This document shows positions 48,087 to 57,505 of a stretch of DNA of 64,000 nucleotides, piece after piece. The stretch covers positions 38,641 through 102,640 of the forward strand of contig CAYOSQ010000003.1 in the NCBI GenBank assembly GCA_964406665.1. Reading direction: 5' to 3'. The number at the start of each line of letters is the position of its first letter. The first letter of the stretch is position 1. The notes under the pieces are model-generated. The model searched no databases. It was given only the letters and a program-made list of their open reading frames with translations, and was not told where the DNA came from. Position numbers and translations under genes: made by a program. Origin of the DNA: an uncultured Planctomycetia bacterium (lineage in GTDB: Bacteria; Omnitrophota; Gorgyraeia; VGKH01; JBHPFN01).

Positions 48087-50024
48087 ATGAGTGAAGAAAA
48101 CAAAAAAAGATTTCAAGGTGATGAAGCTACTCAAAAGATGCGTCTGCGCGCAGAAGACATCGGTGTTGAAACTATCTGGGATCGTGAAGCAAAACAAGAT
48201 CCTCATTGTGGTTTCGGCACTTTAGGTTTATGCTGTAAGAACTGTAATCTAGGACCTTGTCGCATTGATCCTTTTGGTGAAGGCGCAGACAAGGGTGTTT
48301 GTGGTGCAACAGCAGACACTATTGCAGCACGGAATTTAGTTCGTCATATTGCAGCAGGAGCAGCCTGTCATAGTGATCATGGTCGGGAGTTAGTCCATAC
48401 ATTAAATTTGATCGCCACGAAAAAAACTCCTTATTATAGCATTAAATCTTCTGAGAAATTAAAAAGTTTGGCTCAAGAATACAAAGTTGAAATCAATGGA
48501 AAAGAAAATAATCAAATAGCTCTTGAATTATCAGAGAAGATGTTTCAAGAGTATGGTCAGCAGCATGGTGAACTTACATTGATGAAGCGTGCACCGGAGA
48601 AAACAAGACAACTTTGGAAGAAACATGGTCTTATGCCACGTGGTATAGATAGAGAAGCAACAGAGTCGTTATCGAGAACACATGTTGGTGTAGATAATGA
48701 TTATAAGAACCTTATGTTGCTTGGTATACGAACTTCATTGAGTGATGGGTGGGGAGGTTCGATGATTGCTACCGAATTATCAGATGTTGTCTTGGGTAAG
48801 CCAGAACCTATTAAAGCAACAGCAAACTTTGGTGTATTAAAGGATGATGAAGTTAATCTTATCGTTCATGGTCATGTTCCTATACTTTCAGAGATGATTT
48901 GCGTTGCTGCTTCAGATAAAGAGTTAATTGAAAATGCAAAAGAAAAAGGAGCAAAAGGAATAAATATCGCAGGTATCTGTTGTACGGCGAATGAAGTCTT
49001 GATGCGTCGCGGTATTCCTGTGGCAGGAGATTTTTTACAACAGGAGTTAGCTATTATAACTGGTGCGGTTGAACTTATGCTTGTTGATCTTCAGTGTATA
49101 ATGCCATCTTTAGTAGAGACGGCAAGTTGTGCGCATACTAAAGTTGTTTCTACTTCACCAAAGGCGCGATTTCCTGGAATGGAACATGTTGAATTTAGTG
49201 AAGAAGAAGCTATGCCATTGGCAAAGAAGATTGTTAAAATGGCTATCGATAATTATCCTAATCGTGACAATTCAAAGGTATGTATTCCGAAAGATGTTTC
49301 AAAAGACCTGGTACCGGGATTTACCACGGAATATGTTTTTGATATGCTGGGGGGAAAATATCGCTCTACATATAAACCTCTTAATGAGGCTATTGCCCAT
49401 GGAAGAATCCGAGGGGTTGTAGGGGTTGTTGGGTGTGATAACCCTAAGATGCAAAGTGGTGAAACGCATACTAAATTGGTTAAAGAATTAATTAAGAATG
49501 ATATTTTGGTAGTTCAGACAGGTTGTTCTGCGCTTGCCTGTGCCAAGGCAGGATTCTTAGCGCCTGAGGCAGCAAGTGAGCATGCAGGAAAAGGTTTGGC
49601 AGAAGTGTGCGAAGCGGTTGGCATGCCTCCTGTTTTGCATTTAGGTTCATGTGTGGATAATTCTAGAATTTTGACAGCATGTTGTGAAATGGTTAATGAG
49701 GGCGGTATCGGAAATGCTCTGCATGAATTACCTATTGCAGGTTGTGCACCCGAATGGATGAGCGAGAAAGCTATTGCCATTGGTTGGTATTTTGTTTCTT
49801 CAGGTGCATTGGTTGTTTTAGGTGAGCCGCTTCCTGTATATGGAAGTCCGAATCTAACAAAATATGTAACAGAGGATGTTGAGAAGATTACCGGAGGAAA
49901 GTGGGCTTTTGACACTGATCCTATAAAGATGGCTCAGATAATGATAGATCATATTAATAAAAAACGTGAGGCTCTTAAGTTATCACCGATGATATATTCA
50001 GAGTCTGCTACAGTAATTAAATAA
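48087..50024 (+). CDS. cooS: Anaerobic Ni,Fe carbon monoxide dehydrogenase catalytic subunit
   Basis: 645 aa. N-terminal B/D-cluster cysteines HCGFGTLGLCCKNCNLGPCRI. C-cluster ligand regions (HGH, CGC..., LGSCVDN). Confidence 0.9.
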   Translation: MSEENKKRFQGDEATQKMRLRAEDIGVETIWDREAKQDPHCGFGTLGLCCKNCNLGPCRIDPFGEGADKGVCGATADTIAARNLVRHIAAGAACHSDHGRELVHTLNLIATKKTPYYSIKSSEKLKSLAQEYKVEINGKENNQIALELSEKMFQEYGQQHGELTLMKRAPEKTRQLWKKHGLMPRGIDREATESLSRTHVGVDNDYKNLMLLGIRTSLSDGWGGSMIATELSDVVLGKPEPIKATANFGVLKDDEVNLIVHGHVPILSEMICVAASDKELIENAKEKGAKGINIAGICCTANEVLMRRGIPVAGDFLQQELAIITGAVELMLVDLQCIMPSLVETASCAHTKVVSTSPKARFPGMEHVEFSEEEAMPLAKKIVKMAIDNYPNRDNSKVCIPKDVSKDLVPGFTTEYVFDMLGGKYRSTYKPLNEAIAHGRIRGVVGVVGCDNPKMQSGETHTKLVKELIKNDILVVQTGCSALACAKAGFLAPEAASEHAGKGLAEVCEAVGMPPVLHLGSCVDNSRILTACCEMVNEGGIGNALHELPIAGCAPEWMSEKAIAIGWYFVSSGALVVLGEPLPVYGSPNLTKYVTEDVEKITGGKWAFDTDPIKMAQIMIDHINKKREALKLSPMIYSESATVIK

Positions 50025-50025
50025 A

Positions 50026-50484
50026 ATGAAAAAATTATATTTTGATGTTAAAAAATGTGTGGCTTGCAGGACATGCGAGTTATCTTGTTCTGTTAGTCAT
50101 TCTGCAGCCAGAGAGTTATTCAAAGCTTTGAAGGAGAAGGATATTTCTTTACCTCGAATTAAAGTATCCGGTGCAAAGAGTAATAATTTTCCTGTTTCTT
50201 GCAGGCATTGTGATGATCCTAAGTGTGTCGATGCTTGTATGTCTGCTGCCCTTGTTAAAGATGCTGAAACCGGCAAAGTTATTTATGATAAAGATAAATG
50301 TGTTGGTTGTTGGATGTGCGTTATGGTTTGCCCTTACGGTGCGATAAGACCGGATAAAAATATTAAGGTACCGCTGCGTTGTGATTATTGCACTGATATC
50401 GGAGAACCGCAGTGTGTTAAGAATTGTCCCACGAAAGCAATAACATCTAAAGAAGAAAAAGACGTAGAGAAAGCTAAAACCTAG
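50026..50484 (+). CDS. CooF-like 4Fe-4S ferredoxin
   Basis: 152 aa with four CxxCxxC...CP-type clusters. Confidence 0.8.
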   Translation: MKKLYFDVKKCVACRTCELSCSVSHSAARELFKALKEKDISLPRIKVSGAKSNNFPVSCRHCDDPKCVDACMSAALVKDAETGKVIYDKDKCVGCWMCVMVCPYGAIRPDKNIKVPLRCDYCTDIGEPQCVKNCPTKAITSKEEKDVEKAKT

Positions 50485-50494
50485 GTAAGGAATT

Positions 50495-51799
50495 ATGAAA
50501 AATATAACAATTATAGGAATTTCTGCTGCAGGAGTTGCCGCTATCGAGGCAATAAGAAAAAAAGATAAGCAAAGCAAGATTACGGTTATTTCTGACGAGG
50601 AAGTTCCTGCATACTGTCGTTGCGTGATTTCTGATTATTTGGCAAGAAAAGTCGGCGAAGAAAAACTAGCTTATCGTGGTAAGGATTTTTTCACTACTAA
50701 TAAAGTAGATCTTAAACTCAACACTAAAGTCATTAAAGTAGATCCTAAGAAAAAAAGAGTCGTTGCGGAAATACCAAAAGAAGTGGATGAGGATAGTAAG
50801 AAAAAATCTTCTAATGTAGAAAAGATCCAGTTTGATTACGATGTATTGCTTTTAGCTAACGGTGCAAGCCCAAAGTTTCCGGATACAAAGGGAATCAAGA
50901 AAAAAGGCGTCTTAGGATTTCGTACGATAAAAGATGCCAGAACAATGATAGAATCTTCAGCTATTGCTGATACAGCTTGTGTTTTAGGCGGTGGGTTGAT
51001 TGGTTTAAAAGCTGCATCCGGCTTAAGCAAAAGAGGAATGGATGTAAAAGTTATTATCCGTTCGCCGCATGTTTTATCTCAAGTTTTAGACAGCCAAGCT
51101 GCAGAGTTTTTCCAGAAGAGAATATCTAATAATAGAATAGAAATAATAACCGGTGCCAGTGTTAGTGAAATTGTGGGCAACGGTGATGTTAAGGCAGTAC
51201 GTCTTGATTCAGGAAAGGTAGTTGCTTGTCAGATGGTAGTTGTTGCAAAAGGCGTTGAACCTAATATAAAGATTTTAAAAGATATTGATATAAAGATAGA
51301 TGAAGGTGTTTGTGTCGATGAAACAATGAAAACCAGCATTGATAATATTTATGCTGCCGGAGATGTTTGCCAGGCCTATGATATCGCATTGGATAAGCCT
51401 TGGGTAAATGCTTTGTGGCCGAATGCAGTTGAGCAAGGTAAGATCGCAGGTTCAAATATTGCAGGTGAGAATATTGCATATGAAGGCGGAATTGGTATGA
51501 ACTCGGTTGAATTTTTCGGACTTCCTATGGTTTCTATGGGTGTTTATAAAGAAAATGATAATCATGAAGTTATGACTAAGATTCGTCCCGAGAAAGAAGA
51601 ATATAAAAAATTAGTAATTGAAGAAAATCGTTTGGTTGGGGCGATACTTGTTGGCGAAATTGCCCAAGCCGGCGTATTCTTAAGATTAATTAGAGAAAAA
51701 ACAGATATCAGTAGTATTAAGGATAAGTTGATGCATGAAAATTTTGGTTACCCGAATATCAAAGAACTGGTTAAGGAGGAAGATAAAATCTATGTCTAG
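50495..51799 (+). CDS. FAD-dependent NAD(P)H pyridine-nucleotide-disulfide-family oxidoreductase (CooS-associated FNOR type)
   Basis: 434 aa. N-terminal ITIIGISAAGVAA FAD-binding Rossmann fold. Second GGGLIGLKAA NAD(P)-binding motif. Directly follows cooS-cooF. Confidence 0.75.
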   Translation: MKNITIIGISAAGVAAIEAIRKKDKQSKITVISDEEVPAYCRCVISDYLARKVGEEKLAYRGKDFFTTNKVDLKLNTKVIKVDPKKKRVVAEIPKEVDEDSKKKSSNVEKIQFDYDVLLLANGASPKFPDTKGIKKKGVLGFRTIKDARTMIESSAIADTACVLGGGLIGLKAASGLSKRGMDVKVIIRSPHVLSQVLDSQAAEFFQKRISNNRIEIITGASVSEIVGNGDVKAVRLDSGKVVACQMVVVAKGVEPNIKILKDIDIKIDEGVCVDETMKTSIDNIYAAGDVCQAYDIALDKPWVNALWPNAVEQGKIAGSNIAGENIAYEGGIGMNSVEFFGLPMVSMGVYKENDNHEVMTKIRPEKEEYKKLVIEENRLVGAILVGEIAQAGVFLRLIREKTDISSIKDKLMHENFGYPNIKELVKEEDKIYV

Positions 51800-53972
51800 G
51801 ATAGTTGCTCAAGCGGTAATAAGAGGGGCTCAAAAAATTGCCAAAGAGGCTGAAGAAAAACTTTTTAAAGCTATTGAGGATAAGGGAGAATCACAAAAAA
51901 TCGAATTTCCCGAAACCGCATTTTATTTACCAATGGCCAATGCTCTTTTAGCCAAAGAGGCAAAAACTTTAAAAGATGCCAAAGAGATATTGGAACATGC
52001 AAAATCTTTAGTTCCTGAGGTGCCATCGGATAAGTTATGGCTTCCGTATTTAGGTCCGGTTTTAGATGCCGGGATTGCAACACTATTAAATGAAGAAATA
52101 ATAATGGTTTTGCGCTATCTTTACGGCGAGGAACCACAGGCTGATTGTAACGGATTCTTTACAGATACAATTTTACGTTCTTTGGGTATTCAATTGGTAG
52201 ATGGAAGAATGCCCGGGTTTGCGGCAATTTTAGGCGCTGCTCCAGATAATAAAGTAGCTGTTGAAATTGTCAGACAATTACAAGAGAGAAATATTCTTAT
52301 CTTTGCTGGAAGTTCAACTGGAGGGCGTTCCATTGTAGATCAGCTTAAAGAAGAGGGTGTTCAGATGGGCTGGGATAATTATATTGTTCCCTATGGAAGG
52401 GACACTTATTCTGGTATTTATCCTTTACATTGGGCAATAAGAGGAGCTTTGACTTTTGGTGGTGTAAAACCAGGTGAGGCAAAAAAATGTCTTATGTATT
52501 GCAAAGAACGTGTATTTGCTTTTGGTCTTACATTAGGAGAAGTTGACGATGTTAAGTATGCAACCGGAGCAGGTGCAATTGCTATGGGATTCCCTATAAT
52601 TGCTGATACTAATATTCCTGAAATTAAACCTTCAGGAATTACTATTTATGAAGCCCTGGTTAAGGAATTGGATCATAACAAAATTGTTCCTCGTTGTGTA
52701 GAAGTAAGAGGAGTAAAGGTAAAAGTATCTAAAATTCCTATTCCGGTTATGTATGGTGCAGCTTTTGAAGGAGAACGTGTTAGGAAGGAGAATCTGTACG
52801 CAGAATTCGGAGGTAAGGTTTCTACAGCAGTTGAATATTTACATAGCAGTGAATCAGAAGTGGAAGATGGAAAGGTAGAGTTAATTGGTCCGGGTATCGA
52901 GAACATTGAAACAAGCAGTAAAAGAAATATGCCTTTAGGCATCGAGGTGCTTGTATCAGGTAGAAAATTCAATAAAGACTTTGAGCCGATTCTTGAAAGA
53001 CAGCTGCACAAATATATAAACTGGGCCATGGGTCTTATGCATATAGGTCAGAGAGAAATGATTTGGATTCGCATCAATAAAGACGCTGCAGCAAAAGAGT
53101 TCAAGTTAAAACATATAGGTCTTATTCTGCATGCGATGTTACATCAGGAATACAGCGCTATTTTGGATAAAGTTCAGGTAAAAATTTATACTAAACAGGA
53201 AGATGTGGAAAAACTTTTAGCTGAAGCTAAGAAAACATTTGCAGAAAGAGATGAACGCTTAAGAGGAATGACTGATGAAAGCGTAGATACTTTTTATAGC
53301 TGTATGCTTTGTCAGTCTTTTGCGCCAAATCATGTTTGTATTATTTCTCCTGAGAGGTTGGGTTTATGCGGTGCTTATTCTTGGCTTGATGGAAAGGCCA
53401 GCTATGAGATTACACCCACAGGACCAAATCAACCTATCTCAAAAGGAGAAGCTCTAGATCCAAAAATGGGTATATGGAAAAATGTTAATGATTTCATAAA
53501 TCAAAAATCAAATAAAGCCGTTCAATCCGTTAGCATGTATTCTTTACTGACTGATCCGCAGACTTCTTGTGGTTGTTTCGAGTGCATCTTGGCAGTAATT
53601 CCAGAGGTTAATGGCGTAATGGTTGTAAATCGTGACCATTCAGGAATGACACCATGTGGCATGACGTTTACCACACTTGCAGGGTCTGTAGGTGGCGGTG
53701 TTCAGACTCCAGGATTTTTAGGAGTAGGTAAACTTTATCTTACTAGTAAAAAATTTATCTCTGCAGAAGGTGGACTTCAGAGGCTTGTTTGGATGCCTAA
53801 AGAATTGAAGGATATCTTAGGAGATAAGTTTGCTGAACGCTGCAAGGAAGCAGGTGGGGAAGGTTTTATTGACAAAATTGCCGATGACACTCAAGTTACA
53901 ACTAGTGAACAGCTTACTGAATTTTTAGAAAAGATAGATCATCCGGCTGTAAAAATGCCGTCTTTACTTTAG
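51792..53972 (+). CDS. acsB: Acetyl-CoA synthase (A-cluster subunit of CODH/ACS)
   Basis: About 726 aa from the ATG at 51792 (RBS AAGGAGGA; overlaps the upstream stop). A-cluster cysteines ...CMLCQSF...C...C... and SCGCFEC. Confidence 0.85.
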   Translation: MSRIVAQAVIRGAQKIAKEAEEKLFKAIEDKGESQKIEFPETAFYLPMANALLAKEAKTLKDAKEILEHAKSLVPEVPSDKLWLPYLGPVLDAGIATLLNEEIIMVLRYLYGEEPQADCNGFFTDTILRSLGIQLVDGRMPGFAAILGAAPDNKVAVEIVRQLQERNILIFAGSSTGGRSIVDQLKEEGVQMGWDNYIVPYGRDTYSGIYPLHWAIRGALTFGGVKPGEAKKCLMYCKERVFAFGLTLGEVDDVKYATGAGAIAMGFPIIADTNIPEIKPSGITIYEALVKELDHNKIVPRCVEVRGVKVKVSKIPIPVMYGAAFEGERVRKENLYAEFGGKVSTAVEYLHSSESEVEDGKVELIGPGIENIETSSKRNMPLGIEVLVSGRKFNKDFEPILERQLHKYINWAMGLMHIGQREMIWIRINKDAAAKEFKLKHIGLILHAMLHQEYSAILDKVQVKIYTKQEDVEKLLAEAKKTFAERDERLRGMTDESVDTFYSCMLCQSFAPNHVCIISPERLGLCGAYSWLDGKASYEITPTGPNQPISKGEALDPKMGIWKNVNDFINQKSNKAVQSVSMYSLLTDPQTSCGCFECILAVIPEVNGVMVVNRDHSGMTPCGMTFTTLAGSVGGGVQTPGFLGVGKLYLTSKKFISAEGGLQRLVWMPKELKDILGDKFAERCKEAGGEGFIDKIADDTQVTTSEQLTEFLEKIDHPAVKMPSLL

Positions 53973-54017
53973 GTAAATATACTTAACTTCAATATTTTGA
54001 AATATTTAAAGTTTTTC

Positions 54018-54046
54018 TTGCAAAAATCGTATTTATGTATTATCTT
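54018..54046 (+). promoter_or_regulatory. Weak candidate promoter TTGCAA-17-TATCTT upstream of the TPR protein gene
   Basis: -35 TTGCAA 54018-54023. Possible -10 TATCTT 54041-54046. Only a moderate match. Confidence 0.25.
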
Positions 54047-54064
54047 AATATCATAAGAGATCAA

Positions 54065-54874
54065 ATGAGGTTAAAAAGCTTATTTACTATAATTGCAGTT
54101 TTCTGCATTGCTCTTGTTTGTCAGCCTGCCTTTTCTCTCACCCTTGAAGAAGAAGCTAAATTTTATCGTGAAAAAGGCTATCAGGCTCAAACAGCAGGTC
54201 GCATTGATGATGCCATTTCTCATTATAAGACTTCTATTATCTTAGATCCTACAATTCCAGCTGTTTATAATGATTTAGGAATTGTTTATGAGATAAATGA
54301 AGCATTGGACTTGGCAGAAAGATGTTATTACAGGGCAATTACCGTGGATTCTAATTATTTGCCAGCTTATACTAATTTAGCATTCTTGTATGAGAAAGAA
54401 GCAGATGTGAGAAGGGCTGCGTTTTATTGGAAGAAGCGTATAGAATTAGGTGGCCCTGATGATCCTTGGGTTCAAAAGGCTCATGATAACTTAAGAAGGT
54501 TGGCTGAGCTCTCTTCTGAGTTAAAGAATGAACTTGAACAAGAAGCAATTGAGAAGCTCCAAGAAGATATGCTCCTGCGTAAGAAGGCCGAGAGTGAAAA
54601 AGTCGTCGAATTATCTGGGCGTCACATTGATAAAGGAAAAGATTATATGCAGAATCAAGTATTTAATCTTGCCAAAAAAGAATTTTATGCAGCATTACTA
54701 TTAACTCCCGATAACTCCGAAGCAATAGAATTATACAAGAAGGCCCAAAAGGAAGAAATTAATATTAAAGCAAGTCGCGGTATGGAACTTTATGAATCCG
54801 GAGATTCATATTCTGCGAGGCGTGAATTTGAAGGTCTGCTCTCCATTATCCCAGCAGAATCTGATCAAGAATAA
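54065..54874 (+). CDS. Secreted TPR-repeat protein
   Basis: The ORF is open from 54035. I prefer ATG 54065 (MRLKSLFTIIAVFC... signal peptide). Multiple TPR-like repeats (AVYNDLGIVYE, AYTNLAFLYEK). Confidence 0.6.
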   Translation: MRLKSLFTIIAVFCIALVCQPAFSLTLEEEAKFYREKGYQAQTAGRIDDAISHYKTSIILDPTIPAVYNDLGIVYEINEALDLAERCYYRAITVDSNYLPAYTNLAFLYEKEADVRRAAFYWKKRIELGGPDDPWVQKAHDNLRRLAELSSELKNELEQEAIEKLQEDMLLRKKAESEKVVELSGRHIDKGKDYMQNQVFNLAKKEFYAALLLTPDNSEAIELYKKAQKEEINIKASRGMELYESGDSYSARREFEGLLSIIPAESDQE

Positions 54875-54922
54875 AATCTAAACTGAAACGATAATCTTGT
54901 TTGAATCAAAAAACCATCCGTA

Positions 54923-57505
54923 ATGTCAAAATCTAAGCTGTTTCTTATTGATGCTACATCTTTTTGTTATCGTGCATACTATGCCATAAAAGAACTTTCA
55001 ACTTCTTACGGGCAGCCTACAAATGCTGTTTATGGTTTTATTGTTATGCTTAAGAAGATATTAGATAAGCATAAGCCTGATTATGTTTGTGCCTGTTTTG
55101 ATGTTGGCAAAGATACTTTTAGGCAGAAACGTTACGCTGACTATAAGATCCATAGGCCTGCGATGCCTGATGGGCTTTCTGGGCAAATCCCTAAGATAAA
55201 AGAGGTGCTCTCAGCTTATAATATAGAGATTCTTGAGCTGGAAGGTTTTGAAGCAGATGATATTTTAGCAACTCTTGCTAACAAAGCATCAGGTGAAAAT
55301 ATTGAAGTGTTTATTATAAGTCCCGATAAGGATATTTTACAAGTTGTTGACAAAAATATTAAGCTTTTTAGCCCTCACAAAGAAGATAAGGTCTATGATT
55401 TGCAAGAAGTCAAAAAACGTTTTGGTGTAAGCCCGGATAAGATTCCCGATATTATGGGATTAATGGGTGACCCAACTGATAATATTCCCGGGGTGAAGGG
55501 AATTGGTGAGAAAACTGCTATTGAGCTGATTAAGAAATTCGGGACTCTGGAAAATGTTCTCAAGAATAAAGATAAGATTAATTCTGATAGAGTAAAAAGA
55601 CTTATTGAGGAGCAGAAGAAAGAAGCAATTATGAGTAAAGAGTTGGCAGTTTTAGATATTAATGTACCAGTTGATTTTAACGAAGAAACATTTAGATCTA
55701 CAAATCCAGATTATGATAAACTTTTTGAACTATTTAAAGAGCTTGAGTTTAAGAAACTTTTGAGCGAATTGCCAACAACCTCTTTTGAAACTGTAGCAGT
55801 AGAGTTAAGCAAGGTTGGTTCTGGAAAACAGTTAGACGACTTCCTCAAGCGTTATAACAAAAAAGGGTTAGAGTTTTCTTTGTTTTTAGAAGGTTTAGAT
55901 ATTGAGCTATCAGAAAGCAGTATTTCTTCTTTGTTTTTCTGTTGTGAACAGGGAAAGGTTGATGTTGTACCTGGCAAATATCTCAGTAAAATAAAAAGTA
56001 TTTTTGAAAGTAAAGATACAAAGAAAATAGTGCATAGTTTGAAGACGAGCTTTACCTTATTAGCAAAAGAAGGAATTCAAATTAAGGGTGAAATATTCGA
56101 TACTCAGCTAGCCGCGTATTTGCTAGATCCTGCTAAATTTAATAATGATATAGAAGATATTGTATGGGACTATTTGAAAGTTCCAACTCAGGAATCAAAT
56201 AAAGAAGTTAGTGCTTATGCTGATTCTTTATTTAAGCTTAAGCCGATTTTGATAAAAGACCTTAAAGATAAATCGCTTTATGAGCTATTTGTTAATGTAG
56301 AAGTGCCTTTGGCTGTTGTTCTTGCTCGCATGGAGATAAACGGTGTTAGTATAGATAAAAAAGTTTTGAAAGAGCTGTCTGTAATATTGGATAAGAGAAT
56401 TAATGAATTAATAAGTTCAATATATAAACAAGCTGGCGAGAACTTTAACATCAATTCACCTAAGCAGCTTTCGCATGTATTGTTTGAAAAACTTAAACTA
56501 CCAGTGATAAAGAAGACTAAAACAGGTTTTTCAACTGATGAAGAAGTTTTAAAAAAACTATCAGGCAAAAGTGAAATAGCAGCCGAGATTATTGAATATA
56601 GACAGTTAGTTAAATTAAAGACTACCTATGTTGATGTACTGCCTAAATTGGCTGATTCGGAAACAGGAAAAATTCACGCTTCTTTTAATCAAGCTGTTAC
56701 AGAAACCGGTCGTCTAAGTTCAAGTAATCCTAACTTGCAGAATATTCCTATTAGAACAGAGATGGGTAGGTTAATCAGAAAGGCATTTGTTGCCAGTAAA
56801 GGTGATTACTGTTTACTTTCTGCGGATTATTCACAAATTGAATTAAGGGTTCTGGCGCATTTATCAAAAGATGCTAGTCTTGCTAGCGCTTTCAAAAAAG
56901 ATGAAGATGTTCATCAGCTCACAGCTTCATTAATATACAACATTAAAAAAGATAAAGTAACAAAACCAATGCGCGAGGTTGCTAAGCGAGTAAATTTTGG
57001 TATTGTTTACGGAATGTCGAGCTACGGGCTTTCTAAGGACTTAAAAATTTCTCAGGAAGAGGCGCAGGTTTTTATTGATTCCTATTTTGCCAGGTATCCT
57101 AAGGTCAAAGATTTTATTGAGAAAGAAATTAAAAAAGCAGAAAAACAAGGTTTTGTTGCTACTTTACTAAACAGAAGAAGATATATTCCACAAATTAATA
57201 GCAAAAATTTTAGCATACGACAGCTTGCTCAAAGGCAGGCAATGAATACTCCCGTGCAGGGTTCTGCCGCCGATTTAATAAAGCTAGCAATGATAAAGAT
57301 TCAAGAAGCTTTTGATGAGAAAGAATTAAAATCAAAGATTATTTTGCAGGTTCACGATGAGCTTGTATTTGATGTCTATAAAAAAGAATTCGATTTGGTC
57401 ATACAACTAGTAAAAGATTTGATGGAGAATACGCTTAAGCTTTCTGTTCCTGTGAAGGTGGTTTTGTCAAAGGGCAAAAACTGGTTAGAGAAGGAGGGTG
57501 TGTGA
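54923..57505 (+). CDS. polA: DNA polymerase I
   Basis: 860 aa. 5'-nuclease N-domain. Pol A motifs DYSQIELR, RR.AK..NFGI.YG, QVHDELV. Confidence 0.95.
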   Translation: MSKSKLFLIDATSFCYRAYYAIKELSTSYGQPTNAVYGFIVMLKKILDKHKPDYVCACFDVGKDTFRQKRYADYKIHRPAMPDGLSGQIPKIKEVLSAYNIEILELEGFEADDILATLANKASGENIEVFIISPDKDILQVVDKNIKLFSPHKEDKVYDLQEVKKRFGVSPDKIPDIMGLMGDPTDNIPGVKGIGEKTAIELIKKFGTLENVLKNKDKINSDRVKRLIEEQKKEAIMSKELAVLDINVPVDFNEETFRSTNPDYDKLFELFKELEFKKLLSELPTTSFETVAVELSKVGSGKQLDDFLKRYNKKGLEFSLFLEGLDIELSESSISSLFFCCEQGKVDVVPGKYLSKIKSIFESKDTKKIVHSLKTSFTLLAKEGIQIKGEIFDTQLAAYLLDPAKFNNDIEDIVWDYLKVPTQESNKEVSAYADSLFKLKPILIKDLKDKSLYELFVNVEVPLAVVLARMEINGVSIDKKVLKELSVILDKRINELISSIYKQAGENFNINSPKQLSHVLFEKLKLPVIKKTKTGFSTDEEVLKKLSGKSEIAAEIIEYRQLVKLKTTYVDVLPKLADSETGKIHASFNQAVTETGRLSSSNPNLQNIPIRTEMGRLIRKAFVASKGDYCLLSADYSQIELRVLAHLSKDASLASAFKKDEDVHQLTASLIYNIKKDKVTKPMREVAKRVNFGIVYGMSSYGLSKDLKISQEEAQVFIDSYFARYPKVKDFIEKEIKKAEKQGFVATLLNRRRYIPQINSKNFSIRQLAQRQAMNTPVQGSAADLIKLAMIKIQEAFDEKELKSKIILQVHDELVFDVYKKEFDLVIQLVKDLMENTLKLSVPVKVVLSKGKNWLEKEGV

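Noticed and set aside
49129-49422. 97-aa + strand ORF inside cooS, and similar internal + frame ORFs (33533-33715 in infB, 62462-62656 in prmC)
   Set aside because: They are alternate-frame ORFs embedded in conserved genes, with no independent signals.
51735-51791. Upstream extension of acsB (MKILVTRISKNWLRRKIKS) overlapping the oxidoreductase gene by 65 nt
   Set aside because: The ATG at 51792 has a strong AAGGAGGA RBS and gives the conserved ACS N-terminus. The extension lies in another gene's coding region.
54035-54064. Upstream extension MYYLNIIRDQ of the TPR protein ORF
   Set aside because: It would place 10 polar residues before an otherwise canonical signal peptide (MRLKSLFTIIAVFC...). 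The ATG at 54065 fits better, although its RBS is weak, so uncertainty remains.
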